From Mustelus asterias (lineage: Eukaryota): a stretch of DNA of 64,000 nt. Position 1 is the stretch's first letter. Every line of letters begins with the position of its first letter. Of the stretch, positions 62,993 to 64,000 are shown in pieces. The notes under the pieces are model-generated. The model saw nothing but the letters and a program-made list of their open reading frames with translations. It was not told the DNA's origin and ran no database searches. The stretch is from NCBI RefSeq assembly GCF_964213995.1, contig NC_135804.1:71052001-71116000 (forward strand), given 5' to 3'. A program made the position numbers and the translations under genes.

Positions 62993-63628
62993 AAGGGCTC
63001 AGTGATCTATTTGAATAATATTACAAATAAAAAGCCATCAAAACACTGGAAATGCTCAGCAGGTTTGGCAGCATCTGTGGAGAGAGGAACTGAGTTAATG
63101 TTTCAGGTCCATAAGCTTTCATCAGAAGGTTTTCCCAATTGTTAAAGTGTCACCCATCCACCTTGTACACTTCCCTCTTGTCCCAGTACTAGTGTCAAAG
63201 CCCCAAGATTCTGGAAGTTTCCCCGTCGCCACACGTTACATTGCCTGATCAATCCTGGACATGGCACTGAGAGGAATCCCTAAGTTGAATCTTTAACATC
63301 CCACATTTTCAACTCCTCCTAAAAGCCTTTTCTGTCAATGGTAATGGTTCCAACATAGAAAATATGAGCAAGAGTAGGCCATTCAGCTCTTCGAGTCTGC
63401 TCCACCATTCAGTATGATTCAGGCTGATCAGTCAACTCAATAGCCTGATCCCACCTTCTCCCCAAGTCCTTTGATCTCCTTCACCCAGGAGCTAAATTTA
63501 ACTGCTTCTTCAAAGCAAACAATATTTTAGCCTCAAACAAAAACAGAAAATGCTGGAAAATCTCAGCAAGTCTGATAGCATCTGTGGAGAGAGAATGGAG
63601 CTAACATTTTGAGTTTGGATGACCCTTC

Positions 63629-64000
63629 TGTGATGATGGCCATGGGGGATCATCAACACTTGGGTCTCATAGAATATGAGCTCCCTATTAGGCAAGTGAA
63701 GGGAAGGAGCAGTGTGGGGTTTAAAACCAGCTGGCTCCTCTCAGGCCGGCAGTTGATAGACTCGGGACTGATAAGCGCTCTGGAGTCACTGAAAGGCATT
63801 TCGAACACACTGTAAATATATCGTGATGGTGACGGAAGACTGGCCTTGGTAAGATTATTACATTGATGACGAGCAGTAAAGTGAGTTTTTTCTTTGCTCC
63901 AGACCATCTGTACTGTTGAGACAAGTAATCCTCCTATAAGAAATATGTCTCTTTTTGGTAAACTTGAAGCCTACATTGGAAACATTGAAGAGTGGGTCCA
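63629..64000 (+). mobile_element. 5' LTR (63629-63862) and gag start of the duplicated Gypsy element
   Basis: Near-identical to 41154-41525. Confidence 0.9.

Larger units (their letters stand above)
45608..64000 (+). repeat. tandem segmental duplication, unit B (runs off the window)
   Basis: Collinear near-identical copy of 23956-41525 apart from unit-specific TE insertions and small indels. Confidence 0.95.

Overview
Eukaryotic, transposon-dense DNA, very likely from a shark or other cartilaginous fish (inferred from HE1-type SINEs, CR1 LINEs with (TTCTATG)n tails and abundant Penelope elements). The ORF track misses the main host content: three spliced, three-exon CC chemokine genes (8043-8861 minus; 30249-31369 plus; 49126-50251 plus). 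The last two lie in a recent tandem segmental duplication with a period of about 21.65 kb (23956-45607, repeated from 45608 to beyond the window end). The first is an older inverted paralog that encodes a 15-aa longer, basic C-terminal tail. Each duplicated unit also holds a candidate second small secreted-protein gene, with a good signal-peptide exon and speculative downstream exons. The rest is CR1 LINEs (one with an intact 970-aa ORF2), Penelope-like elements whose ends contain minimal hammerhead-ribozyme motifs with compensatory stem changes, a decayed Gypsy LTR element, a solo LTR, SINEs, MITEs and minisatellites. All calls were made by eye without database searches; TE boundaries are approximate.
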